Shown here in pieces: positions 1 through 16,200 of a DNA stretch of 64,000 bases (the first letter of the stretch is position 1; every line of letters starts with the position of its first letter). The notes below the pieces were generated by a model that was given only the letters and a program-made list of their open reading frames with translations, was not told the DNA's origin and did no database searches. The stretch is from the human T2T-CHM13v2.0 reference genome, Homo sapiens. The stretch lies in assembly GCF_009914755.1 (NCBI RefSeq), contig NC_060930.1, one strand, 5' to 3'. Position numbers and translations under genes: made by a program.

Positions 1-312
1 GGCCCTGGTGTGTGATATTCCCCTTCCTGTGTCCAAGCATTCTCATTGTTCAATTCCCACCTATAAGTGAGAACATGCAGTGTTTGGTTTTTTGTCCTTG
101 CAATAGTTTGCTGAGAATGATGGTTTCCAGCTTCATCCATGTCCCTACAAAGGACATGAACTCATCATTTTTTTATGGCTGCATAGTATTCTGTGGTGTA
201 TATGTGCCATATTTTCTTAATCCAGTCTATCATTGTTGGACATTTGGGTTGGTTCCAAGTCTTTGCTATTGTGAGTAGTGCCGCAATAAACATATGTGTG
301 CATGTGTCTTTA
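1..312 (-). mobile_element. L1 3' end segment (ORF2 end/3' UTR), L1PA3-5-like; runs off the window start
   Basis: Antisense L1 3' region (CATTGTTCAATTCCCACCTATAAGTGAGAACATGC..., CCCTACAAAGGACATGAACTCATC). Diagnostic bases look younger than the adjoining L1 body; subfamily from recalled consensus. Confidence 0.8.
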
Positions 313-3348
<3,036 letters not shown>

Positions 3349-3441
3349 GATGCTAGCTGGTTATTTTGCCAATTAGTTAATGCAGTTTCTTCATAGTGTT
3401 GACGCTCTTTACAATTTGGTATGTTTTTGCAGTGGCTGGTA

Positions 3442-4430
3442 CTAGTTGTTCCTTTCCATATTTAGCACTTCCTTCAGGAGCTCTTGTAAGGCAGGCCTGG
3501 TGGTGACAAAATCTCTCAGCATTTGCTTGTCTGTAAAGGATTTTATTTCTCCTTTGCTTATGAAACTTAGTTTGGCTGGATATGAAATTCTGGGTTGAAA
3601 ATTCTTTTCTTTAAGAATGTTGAATATTGGCCCCCACTCTCTTCTGGCTTGTAGGGCTTCTGCCAAGAGATCTGCTGTTAGTCTGATCACCTTCCCTTTG
3701 TGGATAACCCGAACTTATTTTCTGGCTGCCCTTTTTCCATCATTTCAACCTTGGTGAATCTGACAATTATGTGCCTTGTGGTTGCTCTTCTAGAGCAGTA
3801 TCTTTGCGGTGTTCTCTGTATTTCCTAAATTTGAATGTTGGCCTGCCTTGCTAGGTTGGGGAAGTTCTCCTGGATAATATCCTAAACAGTGTTTTCCAAC
3901 TTGGTTCCATTCTCCCTGTCACTTTCAGGTACACCAATCAAATATAGATTTGGTCTTTTCACATAGTCCCATATTTCTTGGAAGCTTTGTTCATTCCTTT
4001 TCATTTTTTCTCTAATCTTGTCTTCTTGCTTTATTTCATTAAGTTGATCTTCAATCTCTGATATCCTCTCTTCCAGTTGATCAATTCAGCTATTGATATT
4101 TGTGTATGTTTCATGAAGTACTCATGCTGTGTTTTTCAGCTCCATCACGTCATTCATGTTCTTCTCTAAACTGTTTATTCTAGTTAGCAATTCCTCTAAC
4201 CTTTTTTCAAGGTTCTTAGCTTCCTTGCATTGGGTTAAAACATGACCCTTTAGCTCGGAGGAGTTTGTTATTACCCACCTTCTGAAGCCTACTTCTGTCA
4301 ATGTGTCAAACTCATTCTTCATCCAGTTTTGTTCCCTTGCTGGCAAGCAGTTGTGATCCTTTGGAGGAGAAGACGCCTTCTGGTTTTTGGAATTTTCAGC
4401 CTTTTTGTGCTGGTTTCTCCCCATCTTCAT
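3442..4430 (-). pseudogene. L1 ORF1p remnant
   Basis: ORF track peptides MKMGRNQHKKAENSKNQ and ARREWGPIFNILKEKNFQPRISYPAKLSF are typical ORF1p; interrupted. Confidence 0.9.
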
Positions 4431-5768
4431 GGATTTATCTACCTTTGGTCTTTGATGTTGGTGACCTTCAGATGGGGTCTCTGAGTGGACATCCTTTTTG
4501 TTGATGTTGGTAATATCCCTTTCTGTTTGTTAATTTTCCTTCTAACAGTCAGCCCCCTCTGCTGCAGGTCTGCTGGTGTTTGCTGGAGGTCCACTCCAGA
4601 CCCTGCTTGTCTGGGTATCACCAGCGGAGGCTGCACAACAACAAACATTGCTGCCTGTTTCTTCCTCTGGAAGCTTCATCCCAGAGGGGCACTGGCCAGA
4701 TGCCAGCCAGAGCTCTCCTGTATGAGGTGTCTGTTGGCCCCTACAGGAAGGTGTCTCCCAGTCAGGATAAATGGGGGTCAGGGACCCACTGGAGGAGGCA
4801 GTCTGACCCTTAGTAGAGCTTGAACACTATGCTGGGAGATCTGTTGCTCTCTTCAGAGCCATCAGGTAGGGACGTTTACGTCTGCTGAAGCTGTGCCCAT
4901 AGACACCCCTTCCCCAAGGTGCTCTGTCCCAGAGAGATGGGGGGTTTATATATAAGCCCCTCACTGGGGCTGCTTCCTTTTTTTCAGAGATGCCCTGCCC
5001 AAAGAGGAGGAATCTAGAGAGGCAGTCTGGCCACAGCAGCCTTGCTGAGCTGCAGTGGGCTTCTCCCAGTCTGAACTTCCTGGAGGCTTTGTTTACACTG
5101 TGAGGGTAAAACTGCCTACTCAAGCTTCAGCAATGGTGGGTGCCCCCTCCGCCACACCAAGCTCGACCAACCCAGTTCGACCTCAGACTTCTATGCTGGG
5201 AGCAAGAATTTCAAGCCAGTGGATCTTAGCTTGCTGGGCTCCCTGGGGGGGGGGAACCACCGAGCCAGACCACTTGGCTCCCTGACTTCAGCCCCCTTTC
5301 CAGGAGAGTGAATGGTTCTGTCTCCCTGGTGTTCCAGGCACCACTGGGGTATGGAAAAAAAAATTCTGCAACTAGTTTGGTGTCTGCCCAAATGGCCGCC
5401 CAGTTTTGTGCTTGAAACCCAGAGCCCTGGCAGCATAGGCACTGGAGGGAATCTCCTGGCCTGCGGGTTGTGAAGACGGAAAAGTGCAGTATCTGGGCCA
5501 GAGTGCACTGTTCCTCATGGCACAGTCCCTCACGGCTTCCCTTGGGTAGGGTAGAGAATTCCCTGACCCCTTGCACTTCCTGGGTGAGGCAATGCCCCAC
5601 CCTGCTTCAGCTCGCCATCCGTGGGCTGCACCCACTGTCCAACCAGTCCCAATGAGATGAACTGGGTACCTCAGTTGGAAATGCAGAAATCACCTGTCTT
5701 CTGCATCAATCTTGCTGGGAGCTGCAGACCGGAGCTGTTCCTATTCGGTCATCTTGCCAGCAGATCCC

Positions 5769-7350
5769 TGGATGGGTTATTTTTTTATTTTATCCTATTT
5801 TATAACCTTGGGTGTTTGACTGTGGTATAAGGCAGGTTCCGTTGACTGGCTTTGTTTCTGGAAGATTTTATGGGGCCAAGGTTCAGCTTGGAACTCCGCA
5901 ACTGGGGAACTGGTATCTGGCCCAGCTTTGTTCCCTGGCTTTTCAAGGTTAGGAACCTGCTGTACTGAAGGGGCCAAGGTGCTCATAGACCACTGGTCAC
6001 AACACTCTGATAAGTGTTGCCAGCTAAAGCACTTCATAGGATGGGAGCAGTGAGCTATATCCTCATTTGCACATGCCAGCAGCCGCAGCAGCACAGCTGA
6101 GTTCATGCTCATAGGCTACAGTAGGGTGCTAGCAGGTGCTGGGTTACCAGCTTCTGCACAGGTGTTCACTGCAGCTGCAGAGGCAGCACAGTACAGGCGT
6201 ATGGGGGGCCCCACTGATGTCTGTGCATGCATTCACACTGGTGGTGGTGTTAGCATAGGGGTGGGGAACTGATGGGCACAGGATTGTGTGCACCTCCTGT
6301 GCACATTCACATGAGCAGCAGTGGCTGGCAGCTCAGAGTAGGGGCGGGTCTGCTGTTCTCTGCCTAGTTTCACCCAGGTGCAGTGTCAGGGCAGGGTTGT
6401 GGTGCTAGTGGTAGTGGGGTTGGCAGGTTCTGTACCCATCAAAACTCCCACAACAATGGCAGTCCAATGGGGTCACGGGGAGGCGTGCACTCACACCAGC
6501 ACCAGTGGCATGGCAAGGTGTGTGCCCACACACACACACACACAGGTTAGGAAGGGGATGTAAGGTTTGTCCACACACACACACACACACATGCCAACAA
6601 AGCAATGTAGGGGTGGCTGTGGGTAAGTGCGTGCAGGCAAAGCAGCATGGAGAGGCTGCAGTGTGAGGTGTGAGTGGACAGGTACATGTCGATGGTTGCT
6701 ACTCTGCTGGAGCTTTCTGTGGTCAGGCATGGTCTGCCAGCACGGGAGCTATAATGCAGGTGCCCAGGAGGTACCCCCTTGGGTACCCAAGGCTACAATG
6801 CAAGCAGGCACAGCCAAGCTGGGGCCCCAGGGGAGGCCAGTGTACCAAGGGGTACTCAGGTTGTACTGGCCCAATCTCATGGGCAAGATCATCCTGCAAA
6901 GTTCAGGTCTTACACTTCCCCTAGCACTAACGTCTCCTAGAGGAGCAAGTCAAGCCTAGGGAAATGGGCGCCCCTGGCTATGCTCCACTACAGATGCTCC
7001 TGCACCAAACCCTCTGGTCTTCACGCCAGCTGGAGTTGTGACCTTACCACTTCTCTATAAAGCTCTCCCTTCCAACTCAACTGTCCTGAGCAGGCAAACA
7101 GGTTGCTCTTTGCCTGCTCAACTCACTCCTTTCCCAGTAGTCATTGAATGCCAGGAATGAGTCCCTGTAGCCCCATGCAGGGCTCCCAGATTCCTCCTTT
7201 TTCAGCCTAGCATCTGCATCTTCCCTCCATCCACTCTCAATGCCTTTCCTCTGAAGATCTGTTAGGAGTGTGCCAGTCTTAATGTTCCAGTCCCTCAGCG
7301 ACAGATGTTCCTTCTAGCTGCATCTAGTTAGCCATCTTGCCTCCAATCTA
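5769..7350 (-). mobile_element. 5' UTR of an older L1 (L1PA13-17/L1PB-type), into which the L1PA7/8 inserted
   Basis: GC-rich decayed tract ending in GCCATCTTG (reverse complement CAAGATGGC, L1 YY1-type start) at about 7331-7339; contains (CA)n runs at about 6527-6544 and 6572-6591; resembles recalled old-primate L1 5' UTR. Confidence 0.6.
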
Positions 7351-7669
7351 CATCAGTCTTTACACATCCTTTTAATTATTTTTTAAATTGCTGAGTTAAG
7401 AAGAATATGCACATTTTAAGTGTTTTATTGCATATTGTATATATAATTACATGTTATATATTTTATAGTGACCTCCCAAAAGATAGTATACTTCTAGCAT
7501 TTTATTAGGATATTTGCTTCCCCACAACCTTCCCATAAGTGTGTTGTCATAAGTCTGAATATTTAGCTAGTTTGATAAGTATAGAATGATATCCCCTTAT
7601 TTTGTCCACTAATCATAGTTTACCAACCCCTGCTCTAAGAGATTCAGAAATAGCACTTACGGAAAAAAA

Positions 7670-8145
7670 ATTATTAGGCTGAAGGGGTACAGGAAATGAA
7701 GAACCAAGAATTTTGAAGAGGGTAGGGCTACCACTTTCTGTCAGAGGGGAAGAAACAACAGAGGGAACAGATCTGATCTGAAATATAAAAGTGGTCCAGC
7801 TAGGTAGGAAGACAGCTCCCTAAGTGTGTGTACAGAACTGCCAGTAAAACAGCCCCTAGGTGAGAGGGAGGAGTTGGTCTTGATGATCAGCTCCACTAGG
7901 CCATCTGCACACTGATCTACTGACTTTCACAATGAATAACAAGGAATGAGGACTGGAACCTGGAAGGGAAGCACCCTCCTGCCATCATCCCCTCAACAAT
8001 GTCCCTCTAGCACCCTCTGTTGATAAAGCTTAGCATCAAACCAGCTGGAGAAAGAGAAATCTTTACCAGGTTCAGCTCCAGTTTCACAAAGCAGTGCACA
8101 GAATGGTAGTTGGAGCTGAGAGACAATACATTAAAAACTGATATA
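7670..8145. mobile_element. Old MaLR LTR (MLT1K/L-like), decayed
   Basis: Recalled similarity (GGAGCTGAGAGACAATA near the end); boundaries approximate. Confidence 0.4.
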
Positions 8146-8257
8146 TAGGTGTCAGATTTTTCTGGTGATTCGGCTTCATTTAATGATATAAAGGAACAAA
8201 AACTTAGTATATCACTGTAATCTAAACATCAAGTCTTAGCAGAGTTTTTGACAGACT

Positions 8258-8818
8258 ATGGTAAATGGAAGCTATAAATGACTCCAATCCTTCCTTCCTC
8301 TCTTTACCCATGTTTTTTGCCACATGCCTTTGCAGTTCTTCCCCCTAAAAAGGCAGGGTCCACCTCCTTACCTTTGGAATTTGGAAAGCTCTCCTGTTCT
8401 GGGCTGGTTTTGCAACTTGCTCAAGCCAATAAATGTTATCAGATGTGATGCAAGCAGAAGCCTGAAATTTTATTTATATGTCTCTGCCTACCTATTGCCC
8501 ACGGCCATTGTCATGAAAACATGTCCAGTTTGGCCTACTGGAGGACATAAGACACATGGAGTGAAACCAAGTCATCCAATGTTGCAAGAATGACTAGATC
8601 AACCAACAGCCTGCTGGCACACAGTCATGGAAGCAAGTCCAGCCAAGAACAGCAGAGCTGCCTAGCTGACAGATACATGAGCAAGCCCTGTCATGCCACG
8701 ACTGGACTAGGGGAACTCCAGAGTATAAGCTGAATAAATGCTTATTGTTGTATACTACAGAGATGTTTTGTTTATTATGCAGCATTATAATAACAACACT
8801 AATCCGTGTAACTAATAC
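8258..8818 (+). mobile_element. MaLR LTR (MLT1F/G/H-like)
   Basis: CTTGCTCAAGCCAATAAATG, AATAAATGCTTATTGTTGTA...TTTGTTTATTATGCAGCA, terminal TAACTAATACA. Confidence 0.65.
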
Positions 8819-9600
8819 ACTTTCCTTCTATATATTAATAGACGAGAGCAACATGATTTGTATACCACACAGGTTTATGAGTAGTAGATGTTTTACTATG
8901 AAAACTCAGATTCCTTCTTGTTTTCCCACATTAAAAATACACAACCTAAGCTTCTAAGTAATGGTTAGCTATACTGTAAGTCAGGGTGAAAGCTTTTCCC
9001 AGGACCATCTTTGGAGTTGCTAGACATGAGCATGAGTAAACTGCTACTGAATCTGTTAAGGCATAAAAGAGGACCTTAGCATTTGCAGACTAGAGGAGTG
9101 GTTTCTTTCACCCTTAATACCTCCAGTTTAGAAGTCCTCAGCACATGCATAGAGACGTCCAAACTTACCTACATCAGCACTTTAGCCCACCACCATCTAC
9201 TCTATCTAAAAAGGTCCACCACAACACAAAATCTACATAAGCGCAAAACATAAAAGCTTTTCTTCAGCCCACTTCTACTTCTACTAGGCCATTCCAGGAA
9301 TCCTACTCTGAATAAAGGCATCTTCCTTATAAGGTACTCAAGATCCCCATGCCATACCCTGGCAGCCTCCTGTAGCCTGCTATCCTTCATCTTTCTCCCA
9401 ACCCTGACTTATCTCTATCCTACCATATATCAAACCTGCTCTCAGCTGTGAGCTTCCATGAAACTCACATTCACTGAGATTACAGTGACTGATAACTGAG
9501 GAGCAATTGAAGCTTACCAAGGGGAGGGTTTAAGTGTAAAAGATAGAATGGCAGACATCAGTAGTTGAATAGGAAGGAAGGTGGGGAGCACAGCCGGAGG

Positions 9601-9779
9601 CAGGGCCAACTTCATGGGTGGGAGACATGTATAGTCAAACAGTGCCCTGCACCTATAAGAATCCCCCACTTGGTTTAATGTTCTGCTGCTGCCATCATGA
9701 AACTTTCAATAATCTTTGAACAAGGGATTCTGCATTTTCATTTGTATTCGGCCCCACGGATCCTATAGCTGGGTTTGTC
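9601..9779. mobile_element. MER91A-like hAT MITE
   Basis: Starts CAGGGCCAACTTCATGGG; internal CTTGGTTTAATGTTCTGCTGCTGCCATCATGAAA and CTGCATTTTCATTTG match recalled MER91A. Confidence 0.7.
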
Positions 9780-10568
9780 CAGAGGTAACAGATTGTTCTT
9801 CCAGATGTGTTCTGTTCTACAAAAGAGTGGGATTTTATGTATGGAAATAATTTTATCTACAAAGTCTTCTAGGTGTCAATGATCTAATAAGCTACTGCAG
9901 TCTAATCCTGACTTCTACTATTTTAAACCTCCATTTTTTTCTGCTTCCCCATAGTCATTTATATGCCAGTGCATACACCCTTTAAAAAGCGTTGAAAAAG
10001 ATATTGGTAAGCGTCTGAAAATGATCTGTGAGAGGACTGTTTTGATTTCCCCAAAAATAGAACAAATTTACTATTAATAACCCAGGATCATGTTAAACGT
10101 ACTGCTGGGACTGCCATATAAACCCTTATCTCTCTTGACTTCATTCCACTTTCCGTTCACGGCAGGGAAAATGGAGATCTAAAATGCAATTTTTCCCTAG
10201 AGGTAACATTTTATGTACTATTTATTAAACCTATATTGTGTGTCAGGTATCTTAAAAAAACCCATAAAAATGACCTCTTTCTAAAAAGCCTTTTCAATTA
10301 CCTCTCAACATAATACCTTTGTAACTCTTCCAGATGTTACAAAGCCCAAGGACCAGAGTTTCCTAGAAGTGTCATTATTGCTGCCAGGCAACAATGAATC
10401 TGCTTACTGAATTTTTCCCTAGCCTTCCCTTGTTGCACTATATTTTACATCCTTCCCTTGTGGAACATCCCCCACAGTCCATCCACCTCCCATCAATACA
10501 AGGGAGAAAATCCCAGCCCTTGGATTTTGTTTCCCTTTACTAACAAATGAATGAGGTTGACTGCCTAC

Positions 10569-10629
10569 CTGTTTAATACAGTGACACAGAAACTCCCATT
10601 CGTCTCTAAATATTTCCACCACCAACCTG
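10569..10629 (-). other. Candidate exon (58 or 61 nt; NAGNAG acceptor)
   Basis: Minus strand: ...aaactcttttag/cag|GTTGGTGG...ATTAAACAG|gtaggc; lies in unique sequence. Confidence 0.45.
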
Positions 10630-11389
10630 CTAAAAGAGTTTAAAAATCCAATCTCTAGAGTCATCCTTTGTATTAATAATTATTACTGAAATGATTATTT
10701 TAAAGTGTAATGGATACTTGGAAGAGGCAATACAATCTATATAATACTGAGCAGAAAATAATTAAATACTAACATCTCTTCCATTCTTCTTAGAGCTTCT
10801 GTAAGATATGCAGAAGAAGTCAATGATGTCAGAGATGTTATCTTCTTGCTACAAATTGAGGGATCACATACTCAACGTATACACTAAGCAGGAAGGAACC
10901 CATTCCACCAGGAAGAACTTAGTCAATCTTCCTACTGATATAGCCCATGCAGGTCCTAAGTGTAGCAAACAATGCAAATCATGGTAGAGAACAGAAAATG
11001 CAACCAGTAGTGAGAGAAAGAAGAATCAAGACAAACAGAACTTGGGCTACAGAGAAAACACAATGGCCAAGGAATCCATAAAACCTATTTCTTTTACAGG
11101 GAATTTGGCTGCCTGAACTCCTCAGACTATATAAAAAAGGAGCAAACCCTTTTTTAAGCATGACATTCGATCATTAACAGGATCATAGTCTGAGAGCTGG
11201 ATGCAAATAAAGGACTCTATAATGAGAAAACAACAATTACTGCAAGTATCACAGAGCAAAATATTATGATAATAAAAGAATAACTGAGACAACACAAGGA
11301 GATATAAACAATAGGTCAGAACAGAGATTGTTCCTTGGATCACGCCTATCTGGGATAAACTTTTACAAAGTTTTATTTTTATTTTTTTA

Positions 11390-11749
<360 letters not shown>

Positions 11750-12229
11750 TCACTATACAAACTTTGGTCTTCATAAAGCTCTCAGTTTAAAAATTCCAGC
11801 AAATCTTTAGTATTAAACACAGTATAAATACAGACCTGTATATCATGGGAAGTCATTCCAAAAGAGAACAGAAAAGAAAAATGTAAACTGCATCCCTAAC
11901 CACAATATGAGAAAGAAATGACAAGTTCAGCAAAAGGCAAATATGGAGTGTGGTAAGCTTTTAAGAAAAATTTGTGCCTGCAAGCCCAAACAAAACTGGA
12001 AAATATCAGTAGTTCAAAAAGTTATTGGCATACCTAGAAAGCACAACTATTCATTCTATCAGGACAACTGAAATATGCCCTGCATCATAAGCATACATGA
12101 ATTTGCTTTGTCCTGTTGACTAAAATGAAATAAAAGTTAATAGAAGACACATACACTCAATACTGTTTTATAAGGAAATTAAGTAGAGCTTCTTGGTTTG
12201 GGGGGGAAATTTAACTCATCTGAGGATGT

Positions 12230-12790
12230 GTACCAATTTAAAAAGAGCCAGAATAAGATGAAGAATATTTATATTAACATTGCCACGGAACCAATAAAAG
12301 TGTCACAAAATATAAATTATAAATATAAAACACTTTGTAAAACAAATTCCTGGGTAAAGTAAAACTTCAAAAGAGAATTATTCAAGATCAAGAAAGACAT
12401 GGTGACACAACAAAATTAGTTAAAGATAAGTTTGCAAGCACACAAAAAAAGAGAAAGAAAAATAAAGACGTCCTGGCAATTAAGCCCACAAAAAGTCATG
12501 AAATAATGCAGATACATAGAAAACATGATTTAAAGTATTTTTTAATTGAAGTGAAATAGTTAACAATCAAAGAGAAAATGATAAGTATGGAAGGGAAAGG
12601 AAATTCAACATACACAAAATTGGAGATACTGAGAGAGTGGAAATTAAGGGAATGAAAAATATTTAAAATGCCAATCATGAAAAAGTCATAGGAACAAAAT
12701 AAGACTTGAATCTAAAAACTGAAGAAGCACATTATGTTCCTGGAAAGATAACAGAATGGTCAACACCAAGACATATTTTAGTAAATGTAC
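12230..12790 (+). mobile_element. Old L1/HAL1-like ORF1 fragment
   Basis: A-rich decayed tract ending ..CAACACCAAGACATATTTTAGTAAA (TPRHILVK-like); boundaries approximate. Confidence 0.4.
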
Positions 12791-12819
12791 CAGTCAGGTT
12801 CCATCAAGGACAGAATCTG

Positions 12820-15187
12820 AAAATCCTTGGCAAAATACTAGCAAACAGATCCAGCAGCACACCAAAGGGCTAATCTACCATGATTGAGCAGGCTTTATCC
12901 CTGGGATGCAAGGTTGGTTCGATGTACACAAATCAATAAATGTGATTCATCACATAAACAGAACCAAAACCAAAAATCACATGATCGTCTCAATAGATGC
13001 AGAAAAGGTATTCAATAACATTTAACACCACTTCATGTGAAAACACCCTCAATAAACCAGACATTGAATGAACATACCTACTTCAAAATAATAAAGGCCA
13101 TCTATAAAAAACCCATAGCCAACATCACACTGAATGAGCAAAAGCTGGAAGTATTCCCTTTGAAAACTAGCACAAGACAAGGATGTGTTCTGTCATCACT
13201 CCTATTCAACTTAGTACTGGAAGTCCTAGCCAGAGCTATCAGGCAAGAGAAAGAAATAAAAGGCATCCAAATAGGAAGAGAAGAAGTCAAGCAATTCCTG
13301 TTTGCAGAGAATATGATTATATATGTAGAAAACCCCATAGTCTCTTCCCAAAATCTCCTTGATCTGATAAACAACTTCAACACAGTCTCAGGATACAAAA
13401 TCGATGTATAAAAATCAGTAGCAATCCTATACACAAACATCCAAGCCAAGAACCAAATGAAGAACACAATTTCATTCAGTTGCCACAAAAAGAATAAAAT
13501 ACCAAGGAATACAGTTAGATGAGGAGGTGAAAGATCTTTACAATCAGAACAACAAAACACTGCTCAAAGAAATCAGAGATGGCACAAATAAATGGAAAAA
13601 CATTCCATGATTTTCCATCCTTCCATGGTAGGAAGAATCAATATTTTTAAAATGGTCATAATGCCCAAAGCAATTTACAGATTCAATGCTATTCCTATTA
13701 AACTACCATTGACTTTCTTCACAGAGTTTTTTTTAAAAGAAAGAACTATTCTAAAATTCATAGGGAACCAAAAAAAGATCCCAGAAAGCCAAGGCAATTG
13801 TACGCAAAAAGAACAAAGCTGGAGGCATCACATTATCTGACTTGTAACTATGCTACAAGGCTACAGTAACCAAAGCAGTATGGTCCTGTTTCAAAAATAG
13901 ACACACAAACCAATGGAACAAAATAGAGAGCACAGAAATAATGTCACACACCAACAACTATCAGATATTAGGCAAAGTTGACAAAATCAAGCAATGGGGA
14001 AAAAACCCTTTATTCACAAAATGGTGGTAGAATAATTGGCTAGCCATATGCAGAAGATTGAAACTGGACCCCTTTCTTATACCATATACAAAAATCTCAA
14101 AAAAAAAACCTTAAGATGGATTACAGACTTAAATATAAAACATAAATCTATAAAAATCCTGAAAGACAACCTAGGCAATACCATTCTGGACATCAAAACT
14201 GGCAGAGATTTCATGACGAAAACTCCAAAAGCAATTACAACAAAAACAAAAATTGATAAATGGGACCTAATTACACTAAAGAGCTTTGGCACAGCAAAAG
14301 AAACTATCAACAGAGTAAACAGACACCCTACACAATAGGAGGAAAATTTTGCAAACTATGCATCTGACAAAATCTAATTTCCAACATTTATAAGAATCTT
14401 AAACAAATTTACAAGCAAAAAATAAATAACCTCATTAAAAAGTTGGCAAAGGCTAGGCATGGTGGCTCACACCTGTAATCCCACTTTGGGAGGCTTAGGC
14501 GGGTGGATCATCTAAGATCAGGAGTTCGAGACCAGCCTGGCCAACATGGTGAAACCCCATCTCTACTAAAAATACAAAAAAAAAAATTAGGAGGGTGTGG
14601 TGGTGTGCACCTGTAGTCTCAGCTACTCAGGAGGCTGAGGCAAGAGAATCACTTGAGCCTGGGTAGCAGTGGTTGAAGTGAGTCGAGATTGCACCACTGC
14701 ACTGCCGCCTGGGCAACAGAGCAAGACTCCATCTCAAAAAAAAAAAAAAAAGTTGGAAAAGGACATGAGCAGACACTCTTAAAAGAAGTGGCCAACAAGC
14801 ATATGAAAAAATGCCCAACATCACTAATCATTAGAGAAATGCAAATCAAAACCACAATGAAATAGTGTCTCACACTAGTCAGAATGGTTATTAATAAAAA
14901 GTCAAAATATAATAGATGCTGGTGAAGTTGAAAAGAAAAGGGAATGGTTATACCCTGCTGATGGAAATGTATATTAGTTCAGCCACTATGGAAAGCAGTT
15001 TGGATGTTTCTCAAAGAACTCAAAGCAGAATTACCATTCAACCTAGCAATCCCATTACTGGGTATATACCCAAAGGAATATAAATCATTCTATTATAAAG
15101 ACACATTCACAAGTATTTTTATTGCAGCAGACATGGAAACAACCTAAATGCCCACCAATATAGACTGGATAAAGAAAATGTGTTACA
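12820..15187 (+). mobile_element. L1 ORF2 3' half (L1PA13-16/L1PB-like), interrupted by an Alu and cut by a younger L1
   Basis: ORFs 13037-13411 ([31 protein letters not shown]), 13592-13840, 14036-14338; ends at AAAGAAAATGTGTTACA. Confidence 0.9.
14451..14750 (+). mobile_element. Alu (AluS)
   Basis: Full dimer with A tail; TSD AAAAAGTTGG(C/A)AAA at about 14437-14450 and 14747-14760. Confidence 0.95.
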
Positions 15188-16200
15188 GGGCGGGGAGGTT
15201 CCAAGATGGCCAAATAGGAACAGCTCCAGTTGACAGCTCCCAGTGTGAGCAATGCAGAAGTTGGGTGATTTATGCATTTCCAACTGAGGTACCAGGTTCA
15301 TCTCACTGGGGCTTCTCAGACAGTGGGTGCAGCCCATGGAGCGTGAGCCGAAACAGGGCAAGGCATTGCCTCACCCGGGAAGTGCAAGGGATGGGGGTAT
15401 TCCCTTTCCTAGCCAAGGGAAGCCGTGACAGATGGTACCTGGAAAATCAGGACACTTCCACCCTAATACTGTGCTTTTCCAAAGGCCTCAGCAAATGGCA
15501 TACCAGGATATTCTATCTTGTGCCTGGCTCAGAGGGCCCACAACCACAGAGCCTCGTTCACTGCTAGCACAGCAGTCTGAAATTGAACTGCAAGGTGGCA
15601 ATGGGGCTGGGGGAGGGGGGTCCACAATTGCTGAAGCTTGAGTAGGTAAACAAAGCTGCCTGGAAGCTCGAACTGGGTGGAGCCCACCACAGGTCAAGGA
15701 GAGCTGCCTGCCTCTGTAGACTCCAACTCTAGGGGCAGGGCATAGCTGAACAAAAGGCAGCGAAACTTCTGCAGACTTAAACTTCCCTGTCTGACAGCTT
15801 TGAAGAGAGTAGTGGTTCTCCCAGCATGGAGTTTGAGATCTGAGAATGGTCAGACTGCCTCCTCAAGTGGATCCCTGACACCGAGCAGCCTAACTGGGAG
15901 ACACCTCCCAGTAGGGGCCGACTGACACCTCATGGAGCTGGGTGCCCCTCTGAGATGAAGTTTCCAGAGGAAGGATCAGGCAGCAACATTTACCATTATG
16001 CAATATTTGCTGTTCTGCAGCCTCCACTGGTGATACCCAGGCAAACGGGTCTGGAGTGGACCTCCAGCAAACTCCAACAGACATGCAGCAGAGGGTCCTG
16101 ACTGTTAGAAGGAAAACTAACAAACAGAAAGGACATCCACACCAAAATCCCATCTGTATGTCACCATCATCAAAGACCAAAGGTAGAAAAAGCCACAAAG

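Noticed and set aside
4439-6959. Dense overlapping ORFs on both strands
   Set aside because: Expected from GC-rich L1 5' UTR sequence; no recognisable domain
9169-9205. Possible tiny minus-strand exon (ttttag|ATAGAG...GATGTAG|gtaagt)
   Set aside because: Good donor, but G-interrupted pyrimidine tract and very short; too weak to call
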